40,154 nt of DNA from a virus. Taxonomy: Duplodnaviria; Heunggongvirae; Uroviricota; Caudoviricetes. Position numbers and translations under genes: made by a program. The notes beneath the pieces were generated by a model, which saw only the letters and a program-made list of their open reading frames with translations, searched no databases and was not told the origin of the DNA. The DNA lies in IMG/VR virus record IMGVR_UViG_2531839523_000012, positions 1 to 40,154 of that record; one strand, given 5' to 3'. This document shows, piece by piece, positions 18,164 through 28,141 of the stretch. The first letter of the stretch is position 1. Every line of letters starts with the position of its first letter.

Positions 18164-20122
18164 ATGCAGGCTGGTCACCAGAGTGACGCGGATATTTATA
18201 TTTATGACGAGATTGGTTTCTGGGGTGTTACAGCGAAGCAGTTTATCAGTGATCTGAATGCACTGGGCGATATCACCCACATTAATCTCCATATTAATTC
18301 ACCGGGTGGCGATGTCTTTGAAGGCATCGCCATTTTTAATGCGCTGAAAACACATGGTGCGTCCATTACCGTTTATGTCGACGGTGTGGCGGCGTCAATG
18401 GCGTCGGTCATTGCGATGGTGGGAAACCCGGTCATTATGCCGGAAAACACTTTCATGATGATTCATAAACCATTTGGCTTTACGGGCGGTGATGCGGAGG
18501 ACATGCGCACCTATGCCGACCTGCTCGATAAAGTTGAGGCGGTTCTGTTACCCGCTTATGCACAGAAAACCGGGAAAACCACCGATGAAATTGCTGCCAT
18601 GCTGGCGGATGAGACCTGGATGTCCGGTGCCGAATGTCTGGCACATGGATTTGCTGATCAGGTAACGCCAGCCGTTAAGGCAATGGCATGTATTCAGTCA
18701 AAACGTACAGAGGAATTTAAAAAGATGCCGGAATCCATTCGAAACATGATTACTCCGCCACGCAACAGTGCTCCACGCGTACAGGATGATGAACCTGCAG
18801 CCTCCCGGACGCCAGTGCAGGCAGCAGCACCCGTGGTGGATGAAAACAGTATCCGTGCGCAGGTACTGGCAGAGCAAAAAGCGCGTGTAAACGGTATTAA
18901 TGATCTGTTTGCCATGTTTGGCGGGCGTTATCAGACGCTGCAGGCTCAGTGTCTTGCCGATCCTGAATGTTCGCTGGAGCAGGCCCGCGAAAAGCTGTTG
19001 AACGAGATGGGGCGCGAGTCCACGCCATCCAATAAAAATACCCCGGCTCATATTTATGCCGGTAACGGTAATTTTGTGGGGGACGGGATCCGCCAGGCGC
19101 TGATGGCGCGTGCCGGATTTGAAAAAACCGAACGTGATAATGTCTACAACGGGATGACCCTGCGTGAATATGCCCGTATGTCACTGACTGAACGGGGTAT
19201 TGGGGTTTCCAGTTATAACCCGATGCAGATGGTCGGTGCGGCGTTCACACACAGTACGTCTGACTTCGGTAATATTCTGCTGGATGTTGCGAACAAAGCC
19301 ATTCTGCAGGGCTGGGAAGATGCTCCTGAAACCTATGAACAGTGGACGCGGAAAGGTCAGTTGTCTGATTTTAAAATTGCCCATCGTGTGGGTATGGGGG
19401 GCTTCAGTGCTCTGCGTCAGGTGCGTGAAGGGGCGGAATATAAATACGTCACCACCGGAGATAAACAGGCCACTATTGCACTGGCGACCTATGGCGAGCT
19501 GTTCAGTATCACCCGTCAGGCCATTATCAATGATGATCTGAATATGCTGACCGATGTCCCGATGAAGCTGGGCCGTGCGGCGAAATCCACCATTGCCGAT
19601 CTGGTTTATGCCATTCTGACGTCTAACCCGAAAATCTCCACAGATAATGTAAGTCTGTTCGATAAAGCGAAACATGCAAACGTACTGGAGAGCGCTGCAA
19701 TGGACGTGGCATCGCTGGATAAAGCCCGCCAGTTGATGCGCGTTCAGAAAGAGGGGGAGCGTCATCTGAATATTCGTCCTGCGTTCGTACTGGTACCGAC
19801 GGCGATGGAGTCTGTTGCTAACCAGGTCATTCGCTCCTCAAGTGTCAAGGGGGCTGACATTAACGCCGGTATTATTAACCCGGTGAAAGATTTTGCGACC
19901 GTTATTGCAGAGCCTCGTCTTGATGATAACAGCCAGACCACCTTCTACCTGGCTGCGTCCAAAGGCTCCGATACGATTGAAGTGGCTTATCTCAACGGTG
20001 TGGATACGCCATATATTGATCAGATGGAGGGCTTCAGTGTGGATGGCGTGACAACGAAAGTGCGTATTGACGCCGGTGTCGCGCCAGTTGATCACCGCGG
20101 TCTGGTGAAATGTACGGCGTAA
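18164..20122 (+). CDS. Head maturation protease (ClpP/S14-like) fused in frame to major capsid protein
   Basis: N-terminal IYIYDEIGFWGV...INSPGGDVFEGIAIFNAL...ASMASVIAMVG protease signature and a C-terminal ~350-aa capsid-like domain in one ORF; start set at the first ATG after the portal stop. Confidence 0.65.
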   Translation: MQAGHQSDADIYIYDEIGFWGVTAKQFISDLNALGDITHINLHINSPGGDVFEGIAIFNALKTHGASITVYVDGVAASMASVIAMVGNPVIMPENTFMMIHKPFGFTGGDAEDMRTYADLLDKVEAVLLPAYAQKTGKTTDEIAAMLADETWMSGAECLAHGFADQVTPAVKAMACIQSKRTEEFKKMPESIRNMITPPRNSAPRVQDDEPAASRTPVQAAAPVVDENSIRAQVLAEQKARVNGINDLFAMFGGRYQTLQAQCLADPECSLEQAREKLLNEMGRESTPSNKNTPAHIYAGNGNFVGDGIRQALMARAGFEKTERDNVYNGMTLREYARMSLTERGIGVSSYNPMQMVGAAFTHSTSDFGNILLDVANKAILQGWEDAPETYEQWTRKGQLSDFKIAHRVGMGGFSALRQVREGAEYKYVTTGDKQATIALATYGELFSITRQAIINDDLNMLTDVPMKLGRAAKSTIADLVYAILTSNPKISTDNVSLFDKAKHANVLESAAMDVASLDKARQLMRVQKEGERHLNIRPAFVLVPTAMESVANQVIRSSSVKGADINAGIINPVKDFATVIAEPRLDDNSQTTFYLAASKGSDTIEVAYLNGVDTPYIDQMEGFSVDGVTTKVRIDAGVAPVDHRGLVKCTA

Positions 20123-20145
20123 ACGTCGCAGACAACAACTCTGAT

Positions 20146-20166
20146 GGCCCGTAAGGGCTTTTTTTG
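20146..20166 (+). terminator. Rho-independent terminator after the capsid gene
   Basis: GCCC-GTAA-GGGC followed by TTTTTTT. Confidence 0.6.
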
Positions 20167-20208
20167 TACCTGAAATCAGCCTCTGAACGGGGCTGTGCGG
20201 AGACAGTT

Positions 20209-20532
20209 ATGGCAAAGAATTTTGTAGAAGAAGGAAAAACGGTGGCGATTGTTGCCAGTGCAGCCATCAGCAGCGGAGATCTGGTGCAGGTGGGTGATGT
20301 TTTTGCGGTGGCGCTGACCGATATTCCACAGGGTGAAACAGGCGACGGCATGACCGAAGGTGTGTTTATCCTGCCTAAACTGAAAACGGATGACATGAAA
20401 ACGGGTAAGAAGGTTTATCTGAAGTCCGGAAAAGTTCAGCTGACTAACAGCGGCTCTGATCCGCTGGTCGGGGTTGTCTGGGCAGATGCCGGAACCAGTG
20501 CAGAAGAAGTGCAGGTAAAACTCAATGTCTGA
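20209..20532 (+). CDS. Small head-associated protein (possible decoration/DUF2190-like)
   Basis: 107 aa with GGAGA ribosome-binding site, immediately after the capsid gene. Confidence 0.45.
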   Translation: MAKNFVEEGKTVAIVASAAISSGDLVQVGDVFAVALTDIPQGETGDGMTEGVFILPKLKTDDMKTGKKVYLKSGKVQLTNSGSDPLVGVVWADAGTSAEEVQVKLNV

Positions 20533-20800
20533 TCCCTTTTCCCGGCTGGCAGCGCGTATGGATGCGATCACGGTCAGAAAGATGGGAAAGACAGCCTCGA
20601 TTAATGATGTCGATATGGCTGTGATCCCGGGCGAAACACTGGCAGAGCTGAATGCTCTGTCCGGACCTGCGGTCTCTCTGGTGGTGTTTTCTTCGGGATA
20701 CCGCCCACGGCGCGGGGATCGCGTTGTTTATGACGGACAACAATGGACGGTCACACGGCATGAACGTTTTAACGGTAAGCCAATGATCTTTATTGAGTAA
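20525..20800 (+). CDS. Head-tail connector protein (FII-like)
   Basis: 91-aa protein between head and tail-completion genes; family call is positional. Confidence 0.45.
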   Translation: MSDPFSRLAARMDAITVRKMGKTASINDVDMAVIPGETLAELNALSGPAVSLVVFSSGYRPRRGDRVVYDGQQWTVTRHERFNGKPMIFIE

Positions 20801-20811
20801 AGAGGTGTGGG

Positions 20812-21390
20812 ATGAAGGGGCTTGAGAATGCCATCCGCAATCTGAACAGCCTTGATCCCCGTATGGTGCCACAGGCCAGCGCATGGGCGATAAACCGTGT
20901 GGCACAGAAAGCGGTCTCGGTTGCCACCCGGCAGGTTGCCGGGAATACCGTTGCGGGAGATAACCAGGTGAAAGGGATCCCCCTGAAACTGGTACGTCAG
21001 CGTGTCCGGGTGTTTAAAGCCAGTCCGTCAGGAAAAATGACGGCCAGGATCCGCGTTAACCGGGGCAATCTTCCCGCCATTAAGCTGGGGACAGCCCGGG
21101 TCAGACTAGCCCGGCGTGGTGGAAAACTGCAGTACCGTGGCAGTGTGCTGAAGGTGGGTAAATATCTTTTCCGGGATGCGTTTATTCAGCAACTGGCGAA
21201 TGGTCGCTGGCATGTGATGCGGCGTATTGATGGCAAAAATCGTTACCCCATTGATGTGGTGAAAATCCCGCTTTCCGGACCGCTGACACAGGCATTTGAA
21301 GATGCCCGCGACCGCATCATTGCTGCGGAAATGCCGAAACAGCTGGGGTATGCACTGAAACAACAACTGAGGTTATGGCTGACCCGATGA
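20812..21390 (+). CDS. Z: Tail completion protein (lambda Z-like)
   Basis: 192 aa; NGRWHVMRRIDGKNRYPIDVVKIP...LGYALKQQLR parallels lambda gpZ. Confidence 0.65.
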   Translation: MKGLENAIRNLNSLDPRMVPQASAWAINRVAQKAVSVATRQVAGNTVAGDNQVKGIPLKLVRQRVRVFKASPSGKMTARIRVNRGNLPAIKLGTARVRLARRGGKLQYRGSVLKVGKYLFRDAFIQQLANGRWHVMRRIDGKNRYPIDVVKIPLSGPLTQAFEDARDRIIAAEMPKQLGYALKQQLRLWLTR

Positions 21391-21788
21391 ACCGACATAC
21401 ACAAATCCGCCAGGCCGTACTGGCACGCCTTCGGGAACAGTGTGGAGACAGCGCCACGTTTTTTGACGGGCTTCCGGCATTTATTGATGCGCAGGAACTG
21501 CCTGCCGTGGCGGTGTGGCTGAGTGATGCTCAGTACACCGGAAAAATGACGGATGAAGATGACTGGCAGGCTGTTCTGCATATTGCTGTCTTCATCCGGG
21601 CACAGGCACCGGATTCAGAGCTGGATATGTGGATGGAGAGCACCATTTTCCCGGCCCTGAATGATATACCGGCACTTTCCGGACTCATCGACACCCTGAT
21701 CCCTCTCGGTTTTAACTATCAACGTGATAATGAGATGGCCACCTGGGCGATGGCGGAAATCACGTACCAGATCACGTACACGAATTAA
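21375..21788 (+). CDS. U: Tail terminator protein (lambda U-like)
   Basis: ATFFDGLPAFIDAQELPAVAVWLSDAQYTG...APDSELDMWMES parallels lambda gpU. Confidence 0.7.
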   Translation: MADPMNRHTQIRQAVLARLREQCGDSATFFDGLPAFIDAQELPAVAVWLSDAQYTGKMTDEDDWQAVLHIAVFIRAQAPDSELDMWMESTIFPALNDIPALSGLIDTLIPLGFNYQRDNEMATWAMAEITYQITYTN

Positions 21789-21793
21789 AGGAG

Positions 21794-22543
21794 GTGGCAA
21801 TGACCACACCAAATCCACTGGCAAAAACGAAAGGTGCGGGAACGACGTTCTGGATGTACACCGGCAAGGGCGATGCGTTTGCGAACCCTTTATCGGACAC
21901 TGACTGGCTGCGTCTTGCGATGGTGAAGGATCTGCAACCTGGCGAAATGACCGCTGATGCAGAAGATGACTCTTATCTCGATGATGAAGATGCAGACTGG
22001 AAAACGACAACCCAGGGGCAGAAATCCGTCGGTGATACTTCGGCGACGCTGGCCTGGCGTCCGGGTGACAGCGGGCAGAAAAAACTGGTTCAGTTGTTCG
22101 ACTCCGGTGAAGTCTGCGCGTTTCGTATCAAATATCCCAACGGCACTGTTGATGTTTTCCGTGGCTGGCTGAGCTCACTGGGTAAAACCATTGCCTCAAA
22201 AGACGTGATGACCCGTACAGTGAAAATCAGCGGTGTGGGGCGTCCGTATCTGGCAGAGGAAGGCACTGAAACAGTGAGCGTTACCGGGCTGACGGTGGCA
22301 CCGGCATCTGCCAGTGTAAAAGTGGGAGCAACCACCACGCTGACCTTTACAGTAAAACCTGACGGAGCCAGTGACAAAGCGATCAGTGTGCATTCGACAG
22401 ATCCACAGACTGCCACGGTGACCCTGAACGGGCTTGTGGCCACGGTGAAAGGCGTGAAGCAGGGCAGTGTCAGCATTGTGGGCATGACTTCTGACGGCGA
22501 TTTTGTGGCAGTGGCTGCGGTGGCTGTCAGCGCCGCAGGTTAA
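21794..22543 (+). CDS. V: Major tail protein V with C-terminal Ig-like domain
   Basis: KGAGTTFWMYTGKGDAFANPLSDTDW...YLDDEDADW...NGTVDVFRGW matches lambda gpV closely. Confidence 0.85.
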   Translation: MAMTTPNPLAKTKGAGTTFWMYTGKGDAFANPLSDTDWLRLAMVKDLQPGEMTADAEDDSYLDDEDADWKTTTQGQKSVGDTSATLAWRPGDSGQKKLVQLFDSGEVCAFRIKYPNGTVDVFRGWLSSLGKTIASKDVMTRTVKISGVGRPYLAEEGTETVSVTGLTVAPASASVKVGATTTLTFTVKPDGASDKAISVHSTDPQTATVTLNGLVATVKGVKQGSVSIVGMTSDGDFVAVAAVAVSAAG

Positions 22544-22564
22544 CAGGACGATACTCATCATTTG

Positions 22565-22587
22565 CCCCGGTTATCCGGGGCTTTTTT
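22565..22587 (+). terminator. Rho-independent terminator after V
   Basis: CCCCGG-TTAT-CCGGGG followed by CTTTTTT. Confidence 0.6.
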
Positions 22588-22600
22588 GCAGGTGGAGAAC

Positions 22601-22990
22601 ATGATGTTTCTGAAACAGGGCACGTTTAATTATGAAAAGCAGTCCGTGGTGCTCAGTGAGCTGTCCGGGCTGCAGAGAATTGAATATCTGGCGTTTGTTC
22701 AGCAGCGAACGGCAAAGTTTGATGCCGAAGAGGGAGAACTGCCGGAGGCTGAACGACAGATTGCTTTTCTGCGGATGGGGATGGATATCAATGCCTGGCT
22801 GGTTTCCCGCTCACTGTGGAATGCGGAACAGTCTCAGGATGTTGAGACGCTTTGCGCATCCGTTATTACAACATGGTCGTATGATGCCCTGGGAGCGGGG
22901 GCGGAGATGGTTCTGTCGCTGAGCGGTATGGGAGCCATTGAGAATGCCGGGGATTTGGAGCATGAGGTGCTGACGCCGGAAAAGTCCTGA
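22601..22990 (+). CDS. G: Tail assembly chaperone G
   Basis: MMFLKQGTFNYEKQSVVLSELSGLQRIEYLAF parallels lambda gpG; the ORF-track start at 22562 lies inside the upstream terminator. Confidence 0.75.
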   Translation: MMFLKQGTFNYEKQSVVLSELSGLQRIEYLAFVQQRTAKFDAEEGELPEAERQIAFLRMGMDINAWLVSRSLWNAEQSQDVETLCASVITTWSYDALGAGAEMVLSLSGMGAIENAGDLEHEVLTPEKS

Positions 22991-23328
22991 CGCGGGAAAT
23001 GCAGTTTGTCATGCGGCTTGCCCGGGAGTTCCGGCGGGCAGACTGGCGGCGGATGCTGTCGGAAATGTCAGCCACTGAGCTTGGTGAGTGGGGCGATTAT
23101 TTCCGGATGCAGAGCTTCAGTGATGTGTGGATGGATGCGCAGTTTGCCTCGCTGAAGGCATTGATCGTGAGAATGGTGTCCGGCAGCAGTGATGCTGCGG
23201 TGGCTGATTTCAGCCTTTTACCGGAAGAGAACGGGATACCGGAGCGAACGGACGAAGAACTGATGCATCTTGGGGAAGGTATTTCCGGAGGTGTGCGTTA
23301 TGGACCAGATAGCCAACCTGGTCATTGA
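22966..23328 (+). CDS. T: T segment of the G-T frameshift fusion (expressed by -1 ribosomal frameshift)
   Basis: The -1 frame is open from 22966 across the G stop and continues to 23328; candidate slippery heptamer G_GAA_AAG at 22978-22984. Confidence 0.55.
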   Translation, partial: GADAGKVLTREMQFVMRLAREFRRADWRRMLSEMSATELGEWGDYFRMQSFSDVWMDAQFASLKALIVRMVSGSSDAAVADFSLLPEENGIPERTDEELMHLGEGISGGVRYGPDSQPGH

Positions 23329-26300
23329 TTTGGGGATTGATGCGGCAGAGTTTAAAAATGAAATTCCCCGTATCAAAAACCTTCTGAATGGTGCAGCCAG
23401 CGATGCAGAACGGTCTTCTGCCCGTATGCAGCGTTTTATGGAGCGTCAGACTCAGGCCGCCCGGCAGACAATGCAGGCGGCTTCTTCGGCTGCAACAGCC
23501 GCATCCGTCCATGCGCAGACGGTGGAGAAGAGCGCACAGGCTCATGAACGCATGGCCCGCGAGGTGGAGCAAACCCGCCAGCGTATGGAGGCACTGAGCC
23601 AGAAAATGCGCGAGGAACAGGCGCAGGCCATGGCTCTGGCGGAGGCTCAGGATAAAGCGGCTGCCGCGTTTTATCGTCAGATTGACAGTGTGAAACAGGC
23701 CAGTGCGGGGCTGCAGGAATTACAGCGTATTCAGCAGCAGATCCGACAGGCCAGAAACAGTGGCGGGATTGGTCAGCAGGATTATCTGGCGCTGATTTCT
23801 GAGGTTACGGCGAAAACCCGTGTTCTTACGCAGGCTGAGGCAGAGGCTACCCGACAGAAAGTGGCGTTTATCCGTCAGCTTAAAGAGCAGGCAACCCGCC
23901 AGAATCTTTCCTCTTCTGAGTTGCTTCGTGCTAAGGCTGCCCAGCTGGGGGTAAGCAGTGCTGCAGAAGTGTATATCCGCAAAATGGAGCAGGCAGGAAA
24001 AGCCACGCATTCGCTGGGTCTGAAAAGTGCAGCGGCCCGCCAGGAGATAGGCGTTCTGATAGGTGAACTGGCTCGCGGCAATTTAGGTGCGCGGAGGGGA
24101 TCCGGGATAACGCTGGCTAACCGTGCCGGATGGATAGACACACTGATGTCACCGAAAGGCATGATGCTGGGCGGGGTTATTGGCGGTATTGCCGCGGCCG
24201 TCTATGGTCTGGGTAAAGCCTGGTATGATGGTCAGAAGGAGGGGGAAGAATTTAACCGCCAGTTGTCGCTGACGGGGCATTATGCCGGAGTCACTGCCGG
24301 GCAGCTGTGGACGCTCAGTCGTGCTATTTCCGGGAATGGTATTACGCAACATGCTGCAGCCGGTGCGCTGGCTCAGGTGGTGGGGAGTGGTGCATTTCGT
24401 GGAAACGATATCGGTATGGTGGCGAGAGCTGCCGCACAGATGGAGCGATCGGTTGGCCAGTCGGTCGGCGATACCATAAATCAGTTTAAGCGGCTGAAGG
24501 ATGATCCTGTAAATGCCGCGAAGGCTCTGGACAATGAGCTGCATTTTCTTACTGCCACTCAGCTTGAGCAGATACGCGTCCTTGGGGAACAGGGGCGGTC
24601 CAGTGATGCGGCACGGATAGCCATGTCTGCACTGGCAGAGGAAACCGGTCGGCGTACTGCGGATATTGATAATAACCTCAATGCGCTGGGCAGTACGCTG
24701 AAGTATCTGTCTGATTTATGGAGTCGTTTCTGGGATGCGGCCATGAATATTGGTCTTGAAGACTCGCTGGATGAACAGATTTCCGCTTTACAGGAGAAAG
24801 TGTCGCGGGCGAAAAGACTTCCCTGGACGGCATCATTTTCTCAGGTTGAGTACGATCAGCAGCGTCTTAACGAGCTTCAGGAGAAAAAACGCCAGAAGGA
24901 TTTGCAGGATGCAAATGAGCAGGCAGAGCGGAATTATCAGGAGCAACAGAAACGCCGTAATGCTGAAAATGCTGCACTGAACCGGATGAATGAAACGGAA
25001 GCAGCACGACATCAGCGTGAAATTGCGCGTATTAATGCCATGCAGTACGCCGATCAGACTGTCAGGGATGCGGCGATACAACGTGAAAATGAACGTTACG
25101 AGAAAGCCCTGGCATCCGGTAAGAAAAAAACACGCGAAACCCGTAATGATGAGGCCACCCGGTTATTGCTGCAGTACAGTCAGCAACAGGCACAGGTGGA
25201 AGGACAGATTGCTGCTGCCAGACAGTCAGCAGGCATTGCCACGGAAAGGATGACAGAAGCGCATAAACAGCTTCTGGCTCTGCAGCAGCGCATCAGCGAC
25301 CTGGACGGGAAAAAACTGACGGAAGATGAAAAGAGTGTGCTGGCCCGTAAAGATGAACTGATTCAGGCACTGACGCTGCTGGATGTAAAACAGCAGGAGC
25401 TTCAGAAACAGACGGCACTCAACGAGCTGAAGAAAAAAACAATTCAGCTGACCAGTCAACTGGCTGAAGAAGAGCGTGCTCAGCGTCAACAACATAATCT
25501 GGATATCGCCACGGTGGGTATGGGTGATCAGCAGCGGCAGCGATATCAGGTACAACTGAGTCTTCGTCAGAAATACCAGCAACAGCTGGAGCAGTTGAGG
25601 CGGGATAGTGAGCAGAAAGGGACATATAACACGGATGACTACAGAAAGGCCGAGCAGGCGCTGACGGAGAGCCTGAACCGACAACTGAATGAGAATCGCC
25701 GTTACTGGCAACAGCTTGAAATTGCTCAGGGTAACTGGAAAAACGGAGTCCTGCGTGCACTCCAGAATGTCACTGAGAATGCGGATAACACAGCCTGGAC
25801 AGTGGAACAGTTGTTCACGTCTGCGTTCAGTAGCATGAGTGACTGGCTGGCGACATTCTGTACTACAGGCAAACTCAATTTCAAATCTTTTACTTCTTCT
25901 GTGCTGTCAGATATGTCCAGAATCATGGCTCAGATAGCTTTAATGAAAGCGGTAAAAGGCATTGCTTCCGCGCTGCCTTTTGATTTTGTAGCCAATGCTG
26001 ATGGCGGTGTTTATCAGTCGGCTGATTTGAGTCGCTACAGTGGCACGGTGGTTAACCGTCCGACGTTTTTTGCTTTTGCAAAAGGCGCGGGTGTGATGGG
26101 GGAAGCGGGACCTGAAGCCATTCTGCCACTTCGTCGTGGTGCTGACGGTAAGCTGGGGGTTGTGGCGGATATTGGTGGTTCAGGTATGGCGATGTTTGCC
26201 CCGCAGTACAACATTGAGATCAATAACGATGGCACGAACGGGCAGATAGGTCCGGCTGCCCTGAAGGTGGTTTATGACCTTGGGAAAAAAGCTGCAGCGG

Positions 26301-26356
26301 ACTTTATGCAACAGCAGGCCCGTGATGGTGGTCGGTTAAGTGGAGCATATCGGTAA
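23300..26356 (+). CDS. H: Tail tape measure protein
   Basis: About 1018 aa, coiled-coil-rich, C-terminus NNDGTNGQIGPAALKVVYDLGKKAAADFMQQQARDGGRLSGAYR matches the lambda H C-terminus; GGAGG ribosome-binding site. Confidence 0.85.
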   Translation: MDQIANLVIDLGIDAAEFKNEIPRIKNLLNGAASDAERSSARMQRFMERQTQAARQTMQAASSAATAASVHAQTVEKSAQAHERMAREVEQTRQRMEALSQKMREEQAQAMALAEAQDKAAAAFYRQIDSVKQASAGLQELQRIQQQIRQARNSGGIGQQDYLALISEVTAKTRVLTQAEAEATRQKVAFIRQLKEQATRQNLSSSELLRAKAAQLGVSSAAEVYIRKMEQAGKATHSLGLKSAAARQEIGVLIGELARGNLGARRGSGITLANRAGWIDTLMSPKGMMLGGVIGGIAAAVYGLGKAWYDGQKEGEEFNRQLSLTGHYAGVTAGQLWTLSRAISGNGITQHAAAGALAQVVGSGAFRGNDIGMVARAAAQMERSVGQSVGDTINQFKRLKDDPVNAAKALDNELHFLTATQLEQIRVLGEQGRSSDAARIAMSALAEETGRRTADIDNNLNALGSTLKYLSDLWSRFWDAAMNIGLEDSLDEQISALQEKVSRAKRLPWTASFSQVEYDQQRLNELQEKKRQKDLQDANEQAERNYQEQQKRRNAENAALNRMNETEAARHQREIARINAMQYADQTVRDAAIQRENERYEKALASGKKKTRETRNDEATRLLLQYSQQQAQVEGQIAAARQSAGIATERMTEAHKQLLALQQRISDLDGKKLTEDEKSVLARKDELIQALTLLDVKQQELQKQTALNELKKKTIQLTSQLAEEERAQRQQHNLDIATVGMGDQQRQRYQVQLSLRQKYQQQLEQLRRDSEQKGTYNTDDYRKAEQALTESLNRQLNENRRYWQQLEIAQGNWKNGVLRALQNVTENADNTAWTVEQLFTSAFSSMSDWLATFCTTGKLNFKSFTSSVLSDMSRIMAQIALMKAVKGIASALPFDFVANADGGVYQSADLSRYSGTVVNRPTFFAFAKGAGVMGEAGPEAILPLRRGADGKLGVVADIGGSGMAMFAPQYNIEINNDGTNGQIGPAALKVVYDLGKKAAADFMQQQARDGGRLSGAYR

Positions 26357-26685
26357 TGGAGACGTTTCACTGGAAAGTGCGCCCGGATATGAATGTGGTA
26401 TCAGAGCCGAAAGTGGTGACAGTGAAGCTGGGCGATGGTTATGAACAGCGTCGTGCGGCGGGACTGAATAACCAGTTGTCGACTTACAGCGTGACGATAC
26501 GTGTTCGTAAATGTGAACACCCATCTTTAAAAGCCTTTCTGGAACAGCACGGTGGCGTCCGCGCATTTCAGTGGACGCCACCTTATGACTGGAAACCGAT
26601 TAGGGTGGTTTGTCGTAAATGGTCGGCAAGCGTGGGGGCGCTGTGGGTAACCATAACGGCAGATTTTGAACAGGTCGTGGCATAG
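26356..26685 (+). CDS. M: Minor tail protein M
   Basis: Near-identity to remembered lambda gpM; ATG overlaps the H stop. Confidence 0.85.
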   Translation: METFHWKVRPDMNVVSEPKVVTVKLGDGYEQRRAAGLNNQLSTYSVTIRVRKCEHPSLKAFLEQHGGVRAFQWTPPYDWKPIRVVCRKWSASVGALWVTITADFEQVVA

Positions 26686-26694
26686 GAGGCTCTG

Positions 26695-27393
26695 ATGCAG
26701 GATATTCCACAGGAAACACATCATGAGACGACACGCCTCACTCAGTCAGCCCAGGTGGTGCTCTGGGAAATCGATCTGACAGAGGTCGGTGGTGAACGTT
26801 ATTTTTTCTGTAATGAGCAGAACGAAAAAGGTGAGCCGGTTACCTGGCAGGGGCGGCAGTATCAGGCATACCCCATTCAGGGGAGTGGTTTTGAACTGAA
26901 TGGCAAAGGCACCAGTACGCGCCCCACGCTGACGGTTTCTAACCTGTACGGTATGGTCACCGGGATGGCGGAAGATCTGCAGAGTCTGGTCGGCGGAACG
27001 GTGGTCCGGCGTAAGGTTTACGCCCGTTTTCTGGATGCGGTGAACTTCGTCAACGGAAACAGTGACGCCGATCCGGAGCAGGAGGTGATCAGCCGCTGGC
27101 GCATCGAGCAGTGCAGCGAACTGAGCGCGGTCAGTGCCTCTTTTGTACTGTCCACGCCGACGGAAACGGACGGCGCTGTTTTTCCGGGGCGTATCATGCT
27201 GGCCAACACCTGCACCTGGACCTATCGCGGTGATGAGTGCGGTTATCACGGTCCGGCAGTCGCGGATGAATATGACCAGCCGACGTCCGATATCACGAAG
27301 GATAAATGCAGCAAATGCCTGAGCGGCTGTAAGTTTCGCAATAACGTCGGCAACTTTGGCGGCTTCCTTTCCATTAACAAACTTTCGCAGTAA
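26695..27393 (+). CDS. L: Minor tail protein L
   Basis: 232 aa, lambda gpL-like including the Cys cluster near the C-terminus. Confidence 0.85.
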   Translation: MQDIPQETHHETTRLTQSAQVVLWEIDLTEVGGERYFFCNEQNEKGEPVTWQGRQYQAYPIQGSGFELNGKGTSTRPTLTVSNLYGMVTGMAEDLQSLVGGTVVRRKVYARFLDAVNFVNGNSDADPEQEVISRWRIEQCSELSAVSASFVLSTPTETDGAVFPGRIMLANTCTWTYRGDECGYHGPAVADEYDQPTSDITKDKCSKCLSGCKFRNNVGNFGGFLSINKLSQ

Positions 27394-27397
27394 TCCC

Positions 27398-28141
27398 ATG
27401 ACACAGACAGAATCAGCGATTCTGGCGCACGCCCGGCGATGTGCGCCAGCGGAGTCGTGCGGCTTCGTGGTAAGCACGCCGGAGGGGGAAAGATATTTCC
27501 CCTGCGTGAATATCTCCGGTGAGCCGGAGGCGTATTTCCGTATGTCGCCGGAAGACTGGCTGCAGGCAGAAATGCAGGGTGAGATTGTGGCGCTGGTCCA
27601 CAGCCACCCCGGTGGTCTGCCCTGGCTGAGTGAGGCCGACCGGCGGCTGCAGGTGCAGAGTGATTTGCCGTGGTGGCTGGTCTGCCGGGGGACGATTCAT
27701 AAGTTCCGCTGTGTGCCGCATCTCACCGGGCGGCGCTTTGAGCACGGGGTGACGGACTGTTACACGCAGTTCCGGGATGCTTATCATCTGGCGGGGATTG
27801 AGATGCCGGATTTTCATCGCGAGGATGACTGGTGGCGTCACGGTCAGAATCTCTATCTGGATAATCTGGAGGCCACAGGGCTGTATCAGGTGCCGTTGTC
27901 ATCAGCACAACCGGGCGATGTGCTGCTGTGCTGTTTTGGTTCATCGGTGCCGAATCATGCCGCCATTTACTGTGGTGATGGCGAGCTGCTGCACCATATT
28001 CCTGAACAACTGAGCAAACGAGAGAGGTATACCGACAAATGGCAGCGACGCACACACTCCCTCTGGCGTCACCGGGCATGGCGCGCATCTGCCTTTACGG
28101 GGATTTACAACGATTTGGTCGCCGCATCGACCTTCGTGTGA
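27398..28141 (+). CDS. K: Tail assembly protein K (MPN/JAMM plus NlpC/P60-like)
   Basis: HSHPGG JAMM motif and lambda K-identical stretches (MSPEDWLQAEMQGEIVALVHSHPGGLPWLSEADRRLQ). Confidence 0.85.
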   Translation: MTQTESAILAHARRCAPAESCGFVVSTPEGERYFPCVNISGEPEAYFRMSPEDWLQAEMQGEIVALVHSHPGGLPWLSEADRRLQVQSDLPWWLVCRGTIHKFRCVPHLTGRRFEHGVTDCYTQFRDAYHLAGIEMPDFHREDDWWRHGQNLYLDNLEATGLYQVPLSSAQPGDVLLCCFGSSVPNHAAIYCGDGELLHHIPEQLSKRERYTDKWQRRTHSLWRHRAWRASAFTGIYNDLVAASTFV

